A DNA stretch of 64,000 bases from Pseudomonadota bacterium (lineage in GTDB: Bacteria; Pseudomonadota; Alphaproteobacteria; Rhodobacterales; Rhodobacteraceae): positions 21,377 to 85,376 of the forward strand of contig JBCBZG010000018.1 of the NCBI GenBank assembly GCA_039815465.1, in the 5' to 3' direction. Both the position numbers and the translations under genes were made by a program. The notes beneath the pieces were generated by a model that was not told where the DNA came from, made no database searches, and saw only the letters and a program-made list of their open reading frames with translations. Positions 1-10,424 of this stretch are shown here, in pieces; position 1 is the first letter of the stretch; each line of letters begins with the position of its first letter.

Positions 1-294
1 CACGATCACCGGCGCAGGGTCTTGGCCCAGCAAGGGCGCGACCTCCCGCAACCAATCCCCCACGGAATAGCTCTGCGCGTAGCCGACATGACCATAAAGC
101 TGATGCGGCGCCGCGCGCAGATCGTCCTCCGGCGGGCGGGCGGTGAGCACGTTCCAACAGTCAAAGACCTGCAACGCATCCGCGTTCACAACCGCCCGTC
201 CATCCGCCTGCGCAATCGCCAGCGCCAGCGCCGACTTGCCAGAGGCCGTGGGCCCCGCGATCAAAACGGGTCGAGAGCGGTCGAAAGTCTCCAT
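1..294 (-). CDS. miaA: tRNA dimethylallyltransferase, N-terminal part (gene runs off window start)
   Basis: Absent from the ORF track because it is edge-truncated. Reverse translation from CAT at 292-294 gives METFDRSRPVLIAGPTASGKSALALAIAQADGRAVVNADALQVFDCWNVLTARP..., matching the GPTASGKS P-loop and N-terminal layout of MiaA. The frame stays open to position 1. Confidence 0.75.
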   Translation of the reverse strand, partial: METFDRSRPVLIAGPTASGKSALALAIAQADGRAVVNADALQVFDCWNVLTARPPEDDLRAAPHQLYGHVGYAQSYSVGDWLREVAPLLGQDPAPVIV

Positions 295-430
295 CGCCGC
301 CAGTTACCGACCGCCGCTGCCACCCGTCAACGCACGCAGCCGCGAAAGCGGGCCCCGAGGCGCTCTTGTCCGTTGATGATCCAACGATTTTCAGACATGG
401 TGCCGCGAAACAACACAGGGCAGGCGACTC

Positions 431-1171
431 GTGACACCATCTGATCCAACGACCGCAGCAGACCCCCGGTTTGAACGCGTTCTTCTTAAAATCTCGGGCG
501 AGGCGCTCATGGGCGATCAGGGCTACGGCCTGCACCCGCCCACCGTCGAACGCATCGCGCGGGAGGTCAAAGGCGTCCACGATCTGGGCGTGGAAATCTG
601 CATGGTCATCGGCGGCGGCAACATCTTCCGCGGGCTCCAGGGCTCCGCCCAGGGGATGGAGCGCACGACGGCCGATTACATGGGCATGCTCGCCACGGTC
701 ATGAACGCGCTCGCCATGCAAAGCGCGCTCGAAGGGCAGGGGCTGCACACGCGCGTCATCTCCGCCATTCCGATGGATCAAGTGTGTGAGCCCTATATCC
801 GCCGCCGCGCCGTGCGCCACCTGGAGAAAAAGCGCGTCTGTATCTTTGCCGCGGGCACCGGCAACCCGTATTTCACCACCGACACCGCCGCCACGCTGCG
901 CGCCAATGAAATGAGCTGCGAGGCGATCTTTAAAGGCACCAAGGTCGACGGGGTCTATGACAAAGACCCAATGAAACACGACGACGCCACGCGCTACGAC
1001 AAAGTCACCTATGACGAGGTGCTGCAAAAACGCCTGAACGTCATGGATGCCTCCGCCATTGCGCTCGCGCGCGACAACAATCTGCCCATCATCGTGTTCT
1101 CCCTGGACGAGCCCGGCGGCTTCCGCGGGATCCTCGCCGGGCAAGGCACGTTTACGCGGGTGCAAGACTAA
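431..1171 (+). CDS. pyrH: UMP kinase
   Basis: 246-aa ORF with a GTG start. Carries [17 protein letters not shown] and [12 protein letters not shown] motifs and sits in pyrH-frr-uppS-cdsA synteny. Confidence 0.95.
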   Translation: MTPSDPTTAADPRFERVLLKISGEALMGDQGYGLHPPTVERIAREVKGVHDLGVEICMVIGGGNIFRGLQGSAQGMERTTADYMGMLATVMNALAMQSALEGQGLHTRVISAIPMDQVCEPYIRRRAVRHLEKKRVCIFAAGTGNPYFTTDTAATLRANEMSCEAIFKGTKVDGVYDKDPMKHDDATRYDKVTYDEVLQKRLNVMDASAIALARDNNLPIIVFSLDEPGGFRGILAGQGTFTRVQD

Positions 1172-1294
1172 CCTGTCAGCATCCCAGCAGCCCGAAACCC
1201 TTCACCCCTCTCACAAATCGCTCTTTCTCTATACATCCACCGCTTTGCCGGGATATACGGCTCCGAAGAGTGACAAAGACAACGACGAGCAGCC

Positions 1295-1861
1295 ATGTCA
1301 GACGAGATTGTCGAACCAGATACAGACGACCTTCAACGTCGTATGGACGGCGCCATCGCCGCGCTCCGCACTGAATTTGCATCCCTTCGCACGGGCCGCG
1401 CATCGGCCTCGATGCTGGAACCCGTGATGGTCGACGCCTACGGCGCCATGACCCCGATCAACCAGGTGGGGACGGTCAATGTGCCCGAGCCGCGGATGGT
1501 GACGGTCAACATTTGGGACAAAAGCCTGGTGGGTAAGGCCGAAAAAGCGATCCGCGAAAGTGGGCTGGGCATCAACCCGCAGCTCAACGGCACCATCATC
1601 ATGCTGCCCATCCCGGAGCTGAACGAGGAACGGCGCCGCGAGCTGACCAAGGTCGCCGCGCAATACGCCGAAAACGCCCGCGTCGCGATCCGCAACTTGC
1701 GCCGCGACGGCAATGATCAGATCAAAAAGGCCAAGGCCGCGGGCATGTCCGAGGATGACCAAAAGCTCTGGGAAGGCGAGGTTCAGGAAATGACCGACGC
1801 CATGATCAAGCAGGTCGATGCCGCGCTCGAGACCAAACAAGCCGAAATTATGCAGGTGTGA
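1295..1861 (+). CDS. frr: ribosome recycling factor
   Basis: 188 aa, RRF-like throughout ([35 protein letters not shown]). Directly follows pyrH. Confidence 0.95.
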   Translation: MSDEIVEPDTDDLQRRMDGAIAALRTEFASLRTGRASASMLEPVMVDAYGAMTPINQVGTVNVPEPRMVTVNIWDKSLVGKAEKAIRESGLGINPQLNGTIIMLPIPELNEERRRELTKVAAQYAENARVAIRNLRRDGNDQIKKAKAAGMSEDDQKLWEGEVQEMTDAMIKQVDAALETKQAEIMQV

Positions 1862-1871
1862 GTGTAAACGT

Positions 1872-2591
<720 letters not shown>

Positions 2592-2601
2592 GCCCGCGCC
2601 C

Positions 2602-3396
2602 ATGACGCCCTCCCATTGGGAAGACCTCGCGCCGCGCCTGATCTCGGGCGCGGTGATGGCGGCGATTGGTGTCGCAGGTGTGATCCTGGGCGGCGTGTGG
2701 TTTCAGATGCTCACCGTCTTTGTCACCGCCGTGATGGTGTGGGAACTTTGGACGATGATCAGCCCCGATGCGCCGGTGCCGGGGATGCTGCTCGCGGCGG
2801 GTACGGCCTCCGTGCTGTCGGGGCTCTTTGCCGACTCTGTCGTGGCGATCTTTGTGCTCGTGCCGCCAGCGCTCGGGCTTCTCGTCCTCAAGCGGGAGCG
2901 TCTAACATTCGGCGCCTTTGCCGTGGCGATCACTCTCGCTGGGTGGGGGCTCGTCACGTTTCGCGAAACCTATGGGATGGGGTGGATCCTTTGGTTGATC
3001 CTCGTCGTCGTTGTTACTGATATCGCAGGATATTTCGCAGGTCGCGCCTTTGGTGGGCCGAAGTTTTGGCCCGCCGTATCACCCAAAAAAACCTGGTCTG
3101 GCACCGTGGCGGGCTGGGTCGGGGCCGCCATTGTCGGCGTGGCCTTCATGGGCGTGTCGCCCACCGGATGGGGGCTCGTGTGGATATCGGTGTTAGTGAG
3201 CTTTGCCAGCCAAATGGGCGACATCGCCGAATCCGCGCTCAAACGCCGGATGAAGGTGAAAGACAGCTCCACACTCATCCCCGGCCACGGCGGTCTCTTT
3301 GACCGCTTCGACGGGCTGCTCGGCGCGTCGCTCGCGCTGTTGGTGGCCGCCTATGTGCTCGATATCCCGCAGATCATGCTCTGGACGGTGCCGTGA
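2602..3396 (+). CDS. cdsA: phosphatidate cytidylyltransferase
   Basis: 264-aa multi-TM protein with the SPKKTWSG and GHGGLFDRFD signature. Confidence 0.9.
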   Translation: MTPSHWEDLAPRLISGAVMAAIGVAGVILGGVWFQMLTVFVTAVMVWELWTMISPDAPVPGMLLAAGTASVLSGLFADSVVAIFVLVPPALGLLVLKRERLTFGAFAVAITLAGWGLVTFRETYGMGWILWLILVVVVTDIAGYFAGRAFGGPKFWPAVSPKKTWSGTVAGWVGAAIVGVAFMGVSPTGWGLVWISVLVSFASQMGDIAESALKRRMKVKDSSTLIPGHGGLFDRFDGLLGASLALLVAAYVLDIPQIMLWTVP

Positions 3397-3500
3397 CCTT
3401 GGCCCTGGTGTGAAAACGCGCGTGAAACGACGGTGAACCGGGGTTGAAGCGCGGCGCAAATGGCCTCACATCCCACCAAGAGCAGCTGAAAGGGGCGTAA

Positions 3501-4850
3501 ATGGACCTCACCGGTATCATCTCCGCGTTTGGCGGGGTCACGTGGGTGGTTGTGACGTTCATCGTCGCGCTCTCGGTGATCGTCGCGGTCCATGAATACG
3601 GCCACTACATCGTGGGCCGCTGGTGCGGGATTAAGGCGGATGTGTTCTCCGTGGGCTTCGGCAAGCCGCTTTACCAACGCACCGACCGCCACGGGACGGT
3701 CTGGCAAATCGCGCTTTTGCCCTTTGGCGGCTACGTCAAATTCCGCGGCGACGCCAATGCCGCCTCCGCAGGGGCCGATGGCGCTGTCATGTCGTCGCTC
3801 AGCAACGAGGAACGACGCGCGACCATGGCCGGGGCCCCGCTTTGGGCACGGTCGGCCACGGTTGCCGCAGGCCCCGTGTTCAACTTCGTCCTTTCCGCCC
3901 TCATCTTTGCCGCGTTCTTTCTGGTGAATGGGGAGGCCAAGGACCCTCCAACCATCCGCACCCTCGTGCCCATGCCCGTCGTGACGGAGCTTGCGCCAGG
4001 CGATGAAATCGTTGCCGTTGAGGGGCTTGAGGTCACAACGACCGACGATCTCACCGCGCTGCGCGATGAGCTGCCGCGCCAGGCGACGCTGCGCTACACG
4101 GTCCGCCGCGATGGCGCGCAGATCAACGTCACCGGGCCCCATGTCTCCCCGCCGTTGGTGCGGGCCGTGTCGCTCGACAGCGCCGCCCAAGACGCCGGTA
4201 TTGAGGAGGGCGACGTCGTCACCGCCATCGATGGGGAGGCTGTCGCGGTCTTCGACGACATGATCGCAATCGTCCAACGCACCCAAGGCAAACCGCTGTC
4301 CATCGACGTCTGGCGGGCAGGGGAGACGCTGACCTTTACCCTTGAACCCCGCGCCACCGACGAACGCCAGGCTGGCGGCGGGTTCGAGACGAACTACCGC
4401 ATCGGCCTGCGCGGCGGGACGTTCTTTGACCCCGTCACCCAGGCTGTGGGCCCGGTGCAGGCCGTCACGACCGCCGTGTCCCAAGTGTGGCTGATCATCG
4501 TGGCCTCGCTCGACGGGCTTTGGAACATCGTCACGGGCGTCATCGGCACCTGCAACCTGTCAGGCCCCGTGGGCATCGCCACCACCGCGGGCACCATGGC
4601 CGCACTTGGGATCGATGATTTCATCTGGTTCATCGCCTTTATCTCCACCGCGGTGGGGCTCGTGAACCTCTTTCCCATCCCCGTGCTCGATGGCGGGCAC
4701 CTCGTGCTCCACGCCTATGAGGCGATCGCGCGCCGCCCACCGTCGGACCGCGTGATGAGCAGCCTGACGATGGTGGGGCTCTTTTTCGTGCTCTTTGTGA
4801 TGATATTTGGCCTGACCAACGACATCTGGTGCCGATTTATCTTGCCCTAG
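3501..4850 (+). CDS. rseP: RIP zinc metalloprotease (site-2 protease)
   Basis: 449 aa with the HEYGHY zinc motif, a central PDZ-like region and the NLFPIPVLDGGH motif. Position upstream of bamA is canonical. Confidence 0.92.
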   Translation: MDLTGIISAFGGVTWVVVTFIVALSVIVAVHEYGHYIVGRWCGIKADVFSVGFGKPLYQRTDRHGTVWQIALLPFGGYVKFRGDANAASAGADGAVMSSLSNEERRATMAGAPLWARSATVAAGPVFNFVLSALIFAAFFLVNGEAKDPPTIRTLVPMPVVTELAPGDEIVAVEGLEVTTTDDLTALRDELPRQATLRYTVRRDGAQINVTGPHVSPPLVRAVSLDSAAQDAGIEEGDVVTAIDGEAVAVFDDMIAIVQRTQGKPLSIDVWRAGETLTFTLEPRATDERQAGGGFETNYRIGLRGGTFFDPVTQAVGPVQAVTTAVSQVWLIIVASLDGLWNIVTGVIGTCNLSGPVGIATTAGTMAALGIDDFIWFIAFISTAVGLVNLFPIPVLDGGHLVLHAYEAIARRPPSDRVMSSLTMVGLFFVLFVMIFGLTNDIWCRFILP

Positions 4851-4988
4851 CGAACCGCGTGGTGGGGACTGACGTTCGAGGGCTCTCTCGTCACCCCAAT
4901 CGGCCGCGCCAAACGAACTCCCCACCTGTGCCCCATTTCGGCCCCATTCCACCGCGATAGGAGGGCGCAGAGAGAAGGAGCATGTGCC

Positions 4989-5132
4989 ATGCAGACGATT
5001 CACAACAGCGCAAAGGGCCTCGGGCTTTTGGTCAACATCGCCTGGGATCGCCTTTTCTTCGTGGGCGCCATCGCCGCAGCGCTCGTCGCGTCAAGCCAGC
5101 TTGGCAATATCGCGATCCTTGCGGCGTATTAA
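4989..5132 (+). CDS. possible 47-aa small membrane protein
   Basis: Below the ORF-track size cut-off. GAAGGAG lies 8 nt upstream of the ATG. Peptide is MQTIHNSAKGLGLLVNIAWDRLFFVGAIAAALVASSQLGNIAILAAY (hydrophobic). A hairpin follows at 5167-5186. It fills an otherwise empty 392-nt rseP-bamA gap. Confidence 0.35.
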   Translation: MQTIHNSAKGLGLLVNIAWDRLFFVGAIAAALVASSQLGNIAILAAY

Positions 5133-5166
5133 GCACCGCAATCAGCGACCCTGAGCCGAACTCAGA

Positions 5167-5186
5167 AAAGCGGCCATCGCCGCTTT
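5167..5186 (+). terminator. possible weak intrinsic terminator
   Basis: Hairpin aaagcggc-catc-gccgcttt. The U-run is only 3 nt, so this is weak. Confidence 0.35.
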
Positions 5187-5242
5187 GACAGGTTCCGCAA
5201 TACCCGATAACACCAAAGAAAAATCGGGTAGGGGACGCCGTT

Positions 5243-7573
5243 ATGATACGGGTATTGTCCGGGCTAACATATCAGCCCTTGGCGTGGGCACGCCGTTCAG
5301 CAGCACTTATCGCGTTGGGCCTGTCGCTCACCCTGGTGACGGAGGCGTATGCCCAGTCCCAGATCACGCGCGTGGCCATCGACGGCAACCGCCGGATCGA
5401 AACCTCCACCATCTTGTCGTTCGGCGGCATCGAAGTGGGCCGCCCGATGAGCGCCGCCGACGTCAACGACGCCGTCCAGCGCATCCGCGGCACAGGGCTG
5501 TTTGAAAGCGTCGACGCGATCCCATCCGGCAACAGCCTGACCATCGTCGTGGTCGAATTCCCAACCGTGAACCGCATCGCGTTCGAGGGGAACCGCCGCC
5601 TGGCTGATGAGGACCTCGAACGCATCGTGCGCTCCCAGCCGCGGCGCGTCTTTAACCCGGCCATCGCCGAACAGGACGCCGAATCCATCACCCAAGCCTA
5701 TGCCGACCAGGGCCGTCTGGCCGCGACCGTCGACGCCAAGATCATCCGTCGCTCCGACAACCGCGTCGACCTCGTTTATGAGATCACCGAAGGCGGCATT
5801 GTGGAGATTGAGCGGATCAGCTTTGTCGGCAACCGATCCTTCTCCGACCGGCGCCTGCGCGGGATCCTGGAAACCAAGCAGGCGGGCCTTTTACGCGCTA
5901 TCGTGCGCCGCGATACATTCGTCGAAGACCGCATCGAATTCGACAAACAGGTGCTGCGCGACTTCTACAACTCCCGCGGCTATGTGGATTTCGAAACCGT
6001 CAGCGTGGCCTCCGAACTGGCACCTGAACGCGACGGGTTCTTTATCACGTTCAACGTCGTCGAAGGGCAGCAATTCCGCTTTGGAGAGATCACGGCATCG
6101 ACGCTTCTTGGCGATGTGGACGCGGACGAATTCCTCGACGCGCTGCAAATCCGTTCCGGCTCTGTCTATACCCCGTTCGAGGTGGAGCGGAACATCGACC
6201 GGTTGGAGACTTTGGCGCTCAACAACGGGCTTAACTTTATCAGCGTTGTGCCGCGCGTGACCCGCAACGACCGCGACCTGACGCTCGATGTGGATTTTGA
6301 GATCACCCGCGGCCCCCGCGTCTTCGTCGAACGCATCGATATCGAGGGCAACACGACGACGCTCGACCGCGTCATCCGCCGCCAATTCCGCGTGGCCGAA
6401 GGTGACCCGTTCAACCCGCGCGAAATCCGCCGCAGCGCCGAACGCATCCGCGCCCTTGGCTTTTTCGGCGTGGCCGACGTCAACGCGCGCGAGGGCTCCC
6501 GCCCAGACCGTGTGATTGTGGATGTGGATGTCACCGAACAGCCCACGGGATCGCTGTCTTTCGGCGGTAACTACTCGTCCGAGAACGGCTTTGGCGTCGT
6601 GGCAGAGTTCAACGAACGCAACTTTCTGGGCCGAGGTCAGCGCCTCAGCTTCCGGCTGTCCACAAGTGCCGAAAACTCCATCTTTTCGGTCCGCTTTACC
6701 GAACCCGGGATGTTTGACCGCGACCTCCAGGGGTCCTTCAATTTCTCCTACCAGCGCACGGATCTCGACGACGCTCAGTACGACACGTCCGAGCTGCGCA
6801 TCGCGCCTGCGCTCACCTTCCCCGTGTCTGAAAACGGGCGCCTGCAGGTGGGCGGCTTCGGGGCCAACAATGACCTCTTTGACGTGTCTTCTCCGTCCTC
6901 CGGCATCCTCACGGCTGAGGGCGGGCGCGATGACGCCACGAATTACGGACTGTTTTACAACTACAGCTTCGACAACCGCCGCACGGGTCTCGACCCGCAA
7001 TCGGGCTTTGTGCTGCGCTTCGGGCAGGAGTTCGGCTTTGGCGACACCACTTATATCCGCACGACCGCCCTTGCAGCCGCCGAAACCCGCGTTTTGGGTG
7101 AGGATTTGACGCTGCGCGCCACGCTCGAAGGCGGGGCGCTCAACTACTCCTCCGGCGACAGCCGCGTCACCGACCGCTTCTTCCTATCTTCGTCACGTAT
7201 GCGCGGCTTCACCTCCCAGGGCATCGGCCCGCGTGAGGTCGACACCGGCGGCAACACCTTCAACGACGCGCTCGGCGGCGAACTCTTTGCCGTGGCTCGG
7301 CTCGAAGCGGAATTCCCCATCGGCCTGCCGGAGGAATACGGCATCTCCGGCGGGGTGTTCTATGACTACGGCTCTGTCTGGCAGATCGGCAATACGTCCG
7401 GGAGCACTGGCACGGTGTTCTATGATGACTTCACACCACGCTCCGTGGTCGGGTTTTCGCTCTTTTGGACCTCGCCCATCGGTCCGCTGCGGTTCAACTT
7501 CACCGACACGCTCAGCAAAGAAGAGTTCGACGTCGACACCAACTTTGACCTGACGATCTCGACGCGGTTCTGA
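5243..7573 (+). CDS. bamA: outer membrane protein assembly factor BamA
   Basis: 776 aa with a signal peptide, POTRA-type repeats (e.g. ITRVAIDGNRRIE, VNRIAFEGNRRL, IERISFVGNRSF, VERIDIEGNTTT) and a C-terminal barrel ending in ...TISTRF. Confidence 0.95.
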   Translation: MIRVLSGLTYQPLAWARRSAALIALGLSLTLVTEAYAQSQITRVAIDGNRRIETSTILSFGGIEVGRPMSAADVNDAVQRIRGTGLFESVDAIPSGNSLTIVVVEFPTVNRIAFEGNRRLADEDLERIVRSQPRRVFNPAIAEQDAESITQAYADQGRLAATVDAKIIRRSDNRVDLVYEITEGGIVEIERISFVGNRSFSDRRLRGILETKQAGLLRAIVRRDTFVEDRIEFDKQVLRDFYNSRGYVDFETVSVASELAPERDGFFITFNVVEGQQFRFGEITASTLLGDVDADEFLDALQIRSGSVYTPFEVERNIDRLETLALNNGLNFISVVPRVTRNDRDLTLDVDFEITRGPRVFVERIDIEGNTTTLDRVIRRQFRVAEGDPFNPREIRRSAERIRALGFFGVADVNAREGSRPDRVIVDVDVTEQPTGSLSFGGNYSSENGFGVVAEFNERNFLGRGQRLSFRLSTSAENSIFSVRFTEPGMFDRDLQGSFNFSYQRTDLDDAQYDTSELRIAPALTFPVSENGRLQVGGFGANNDLFDVSSPSSGILTAEGGRDDATNYGLFYNYSFDNRRTGLDPQSGFVLRFGQEFGFGDTTYIRTTALAAAETRVLGEDLTLRATLEGGALNYSSGDSRVTDRFFLSSSRMRGFTSQGIGPREVDTGGNTFNDALGGELFAVARLEAEFPIGLPEEYGISGGVFYDYGSVWQIGNTSGSTGTVFYDDFTPRSVVGFSLFWTSPIGPLRFNFTDTLSKEEFDVDTNFDLTISTRF

Positions 7574-8214
7574 TGCTGCGGTCCCTGGCAGGCGCGGTTT
7601 GGCTGGCGGTAACGTTGGCCACGACGCTGCCCGCCTGGGCGCAGGAGGCGACAGGGCTCCCACGCACCCAAGTGCTTACCATCGATTCGTCACGGCTCTA
7701 TCCCGGGACGTTGCTGGGCCAAGCGTTCATCCAAGTCACGCAGGAGGAACAGCGCCGCCACGCCCAGGGCAACCAAGCGCTCGCCGCCGAACTCCGCGCC
7801 GAAGAGCTTGCCCTAACCGAGCTGCGCGAGACGCTCCCGCGCGAAGACTTCGCCCGCCTCGCCGAGGAATTCGACACACGGGTGGAGGCCGCCCGGCGGG
7901 AACGCGACGAGCTCTTGACCGACATCACCACCCGCGCCGAACAGCAGGAACGCGCCTTTCTCCAGCAGGTGCGCCCCATCCTGGGCCAGATCATGGCCGA
8001 AGCGGGCGCCGTCGTGTTGATGGAGGCGCAGTCCGTGGTGCTCGCAGCGAGCGCCATCGACATCACGGACCTGGCCATCACCCGCATCAACGAGGCCACC
8101 CAACCCATCGCCCCGCTCGATGACGTCCCGCTCGAAGATGACGCCGACACCGACACCGACACCGACACAGACGCAGACGCCGGCGACAGCGAACCCAACC
8201 CCCCGGCGGAGTAA
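7573..8214 (+). CDS. skp: OmpH/Skp-family periplasmic chaperone with acidic TD-repeat tail
   Basis: 213 aa with a signal peptide (...TLPAWAQE) and a coiled-coil-rich OmpH-like core. The ATG overlaps the bamA TGA (TGATG). Position between bamA and fabZ is canonical. Confidence 0.85.
   Translation: MLRSLAGAVWLAVTLATTLPAWAQEATGLPRTQVLTIDSSRLYPGTLLGQAFIQVTQEEQRRHAQGNQALAAELRAEELALTELRETLPREDFARLAEEFDTRVEAARRERDELLTDITTRAEQQERAFLQQVRPILGQIMAEAGAVVLMEAQSVVLAASAIDITDLAITRINEATQPIAPLDDVPLEDDADTDTDTDTDADAGDSEPNPPAE
8146..8181 (+). repeat. hexanucleotide (GACACC)n-derived microsatellite inside skp
   Basis: Sequence gacacc gacacc gacacc gacaca gacgca gacgcc, encoding DTDTDTDTDADA. Confidence 0.85.
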
Positions 8215-8296
8215 CGCGCGCTGCCCTGCGCTGCCGCTTGCCAGCACCGCGGCCCCTTGATACGCCCCATAGACCATTGCACGACGGACGAAACCG

Positions 8297-8758
8297 ATGA
8301 CAGACGGCCTCAAAAGCGCGGACATTCAGCTGATCCAGCGCCTCATTCCCCACCGCTACCCGTTTTTGCTCGTCGACCGTGTCACCGATATCGACGGCAC
8401 GGCCTCCGCCACGGGCTGGAAAAACGTGACAATGAACGAGCCGCATTTTCAGGGACATTTCCCCGGCACGCCCATCATGCCCGGCGTCACGATTGTGGAG
8501 GCGATGGCCCAAACAGCCGCCGTCATGGTCGGCGTCGCGCTCGATCTCGCGGACAAAGACCTGCTGATTTACTTTATGGCCATCGACGGCTGCAAATTTC
8601 GGCGCAAGGTCATCCCCGGCGACGTCCTGCGGATGGAGCTTGAGACGCTGCGCGGCAAGGCCGGCGCCAAGGTCTGGAAATTCAAAGGCCGCGCGACCGT
8701 GGATGGGGAGCTCGCCTGCGAGGCGGAGTTCACAGCCATGATGGACCTCACGGCCTAA
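8297..8758 (+). CDS. fabZ: 3-hydroxyacyl-ACP dehydratase
   Basis: 153 aa with hotdog-fold motifs [14 protein letters not shown] and [17 protein letters not shown]. Confidence 0.95.
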   Translation: MTDGLKSADIQLIQRLIPHRYPFLLVDRVTDIDGTASATGWKNVTMNEPHFQGHFPGTPIMPGVTIVEAMAQTAAVMVGVALDLADKDLLIYFMAIDGCKFRRKVIPGDVLRMELETLRGKAGAKVWKFKGRATVDGELACEAEFTAMMDLTA

Positions 8759-8760
8759 TC

Positions 8761-9543
8761 GTGGCGGGCATCCATCCCTCCGCTATCGTCGAAGACGGCG
8801 CCGTCATCGACCCAAGCGCCACCGTGGGCCCGTTTTGCATCATCGGCCCCCATGTCACGCTGGGCGCGGGCGTGGTGCTCAAATCCCACGTGGTCGTCAC
8901 CGGCCTGACCGAGATTGGGGAGGACACGACCGTCTTTCCCTTCACCGTGCTGGGCGAAATTCCCCAAGACCTCAAGTTCAAGGGCGAGGATAGCCGCCTC
9001 GTCATCGGCGCGCGCAATCGCATCCGCGAGCATGTGACGATGAACACCGGGACCGAGGGCGGCGGCGGCGTCACACGCATCGGCGACGATGGGCTCTATA
9101 TGGCCGGGTGCCACATCGCCCATGATGCGCATGTGGGCGACAACGTGATTATCGTGAACTCTGCCGCTGTGGCCGGTCACTGCGTGATCGAAGACGACGT
9201 GATCGTGGGCGGGCTCTGCGGCATCCACCAATGGGTGCGCATCGGGCGCGGCGCGATCATCGGCGCGCTATCTATGGTGACCGCTGACGTCATGCCCCAC
9301 GGCCTCGTCCAAGGCGCACGGGGGGAGCTTGACGGCCTCAACCTCGTGGGTCTCAAACGCCGCGGCGTGGCCCGGGCCGACATCACCGCGCTGCGCGCTG
9401 CGTTCCAGATGCTCGCCCAGGGCGAAGGCGCCTTTGTCGACCGCGCCCGACGGCTGGGTGAGGAAAGCGACAGCGCCTATGTCCAGGACATGGTGCGCTT
9501 TATCACCGGCGACAGCGACCGCGGCTTTCTGACCCCAAAATGA
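8761..9543 (+). CDS. lpxA: acyl-ACP--UDP-N-acetylglucosamine O-acyltransferase
   Basis: 260 aa with a GTG start. Hexapeptide-repeat beta-helix (IHPSAIVEDGAVIDPSATVGPFCIIG...) lying between fabZ and lpxI. Confidence 0.93.
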   Translation: MAGIHPSAIVEDGAVIDPSATVGPFCIIGPHVTLGAGVVLKSHVVVTGLTEIGEDTTVFPFTVLGEIPQDLKFKGEDSRLVIGARNRIREHVTMNTGTEGGGGVTRIGDDGLYMAGCHIAHDAHVGDNVIIVNSAAVAGHCVIEDDVIVGGLCGIHQWVRIGRGAIIGALSMVTADVMPHGLVQGARGELDGLNLVGLKRRGVARADITALRAAFQMLAQGEGAFVDRARRLGEESDSAYVQDMVRFITGDSDRGFLTPK

Positions 9544-10424
9544 CGCTCGCGCTTATTGCCGGGGCAGGGGAGCTCCCTGCGCTGATCGCGGAACGGCAGG
9601 AGCGTCCGCCTGTGGTGGCCGCGTTGGCGGGCTTTGCGCCGGACGGCCTGACCCCCGACATCACCTTTCGGATCGAACATCTGGGGTCGACCCTGGCAGA
9701 GCTCAAATCGCGCGGCATCACTCAGATTTGCATGGTGGGCCGCGTCGCACGCCCCGCCGTTGATCCCACCGCCATCGACGCGGCCACCCGCCCTCTGATC
9801 CCGAAACTCATGGCGGCCATGGCCCAGGGGGATGACGGCGCGCTCCGCGGCCTGATCGCGGTGATCGAGGGGGCAGGGTTTGCCGTGCTGGGCGCCCACA
9901 GCCTCGCTGGCGACCTGCTGCCCGCGCCAGGCGTCTTGGCTGGAACCCTGACCGATGGGGCGCAGGCTGACGCCGCCCGCGGCGCGCAAATCGTGACCGC
10001 TATGGGCGCTGCCGATATCGGCCAGGCCTGCGTCGTGGCCCGCGGCCAAGCGCTGGCGGTGGAGGCGCTTCCCGGCACCGATTGGATGCTGCGCTCGCTC
10101 CTCGTTTCAGGCGGGCCTGCACCTTCTGACCTATCGGATCCGCTCGGCATGGTCTCCGATTGGCTCAGCGGCCCGGCTGCCCCCCAGACTAAGCCGACCC
10201 GCGACCCGGCTCTGCCGCCGGGCGGTATCCTCTATAAGGCGCCGAAACCGGGGCAGGAGCTGCGCGTCGACATGCCCACCATCGGCCCCGACACGCTCGC
10301 CCGCGCGGCGGAGGCTGGGTTGGACGGCGTCGTCGTCGCCGCGGGCGGCGTGCTCGTGCTCAACGCCCCGCGCTGCGCGGAGATTGCGGAACGCCACGGC
10401 ATGCTCCTTTGGGTGCGCCCGTGA
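9540..10424 (+). CDS. lpxI: UDP-2,3-diacylglucosamine diphosphatase, LpxI (DUF1009) type
   Basis: 294 aa with an ATGA overlap onto lpxA. The N-terminus LALIAGAGELP and its position between lpxA and lpxB match the Caulobacter-type arrangement. Confidence 0.85.
   Translation: MTLALIAGAGELPALIAERQERPPVVAALAGFAPDGLTPDITFRIEHLGSTLAELKSRGITQICMVGRVARPAVDPTAIDAATRPLIPKLMAAMAQGDDGALRGLIAVIEGAGFAVLGAHSLAGDLLPAPGVLAGTLTDGAQADAARGAQIVTAMGAADIGQACVVARGQALAVEALPGTDWMLRSLLVSGGPAPSDLSDPLGMVSDWLSGPAAPQTKPTRDPALPPGGILYKAPKPGQELRVDMPTIGPDTLARAAEAGLDGVVVAAGGVLVLNAPRCAEIAERHGMLLWVRP

Noticed and set aside
161-1165. 334-aa ORF antisense to pyrH (and the 22-444 + ORF overlapping miaA)
   Set aside because: It lies opposite or overlapping genes with unambiguous family motifs. 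The Arg/Gly/Ala/His-rich composition is typical of non-coding frames in GC-rich DNA.
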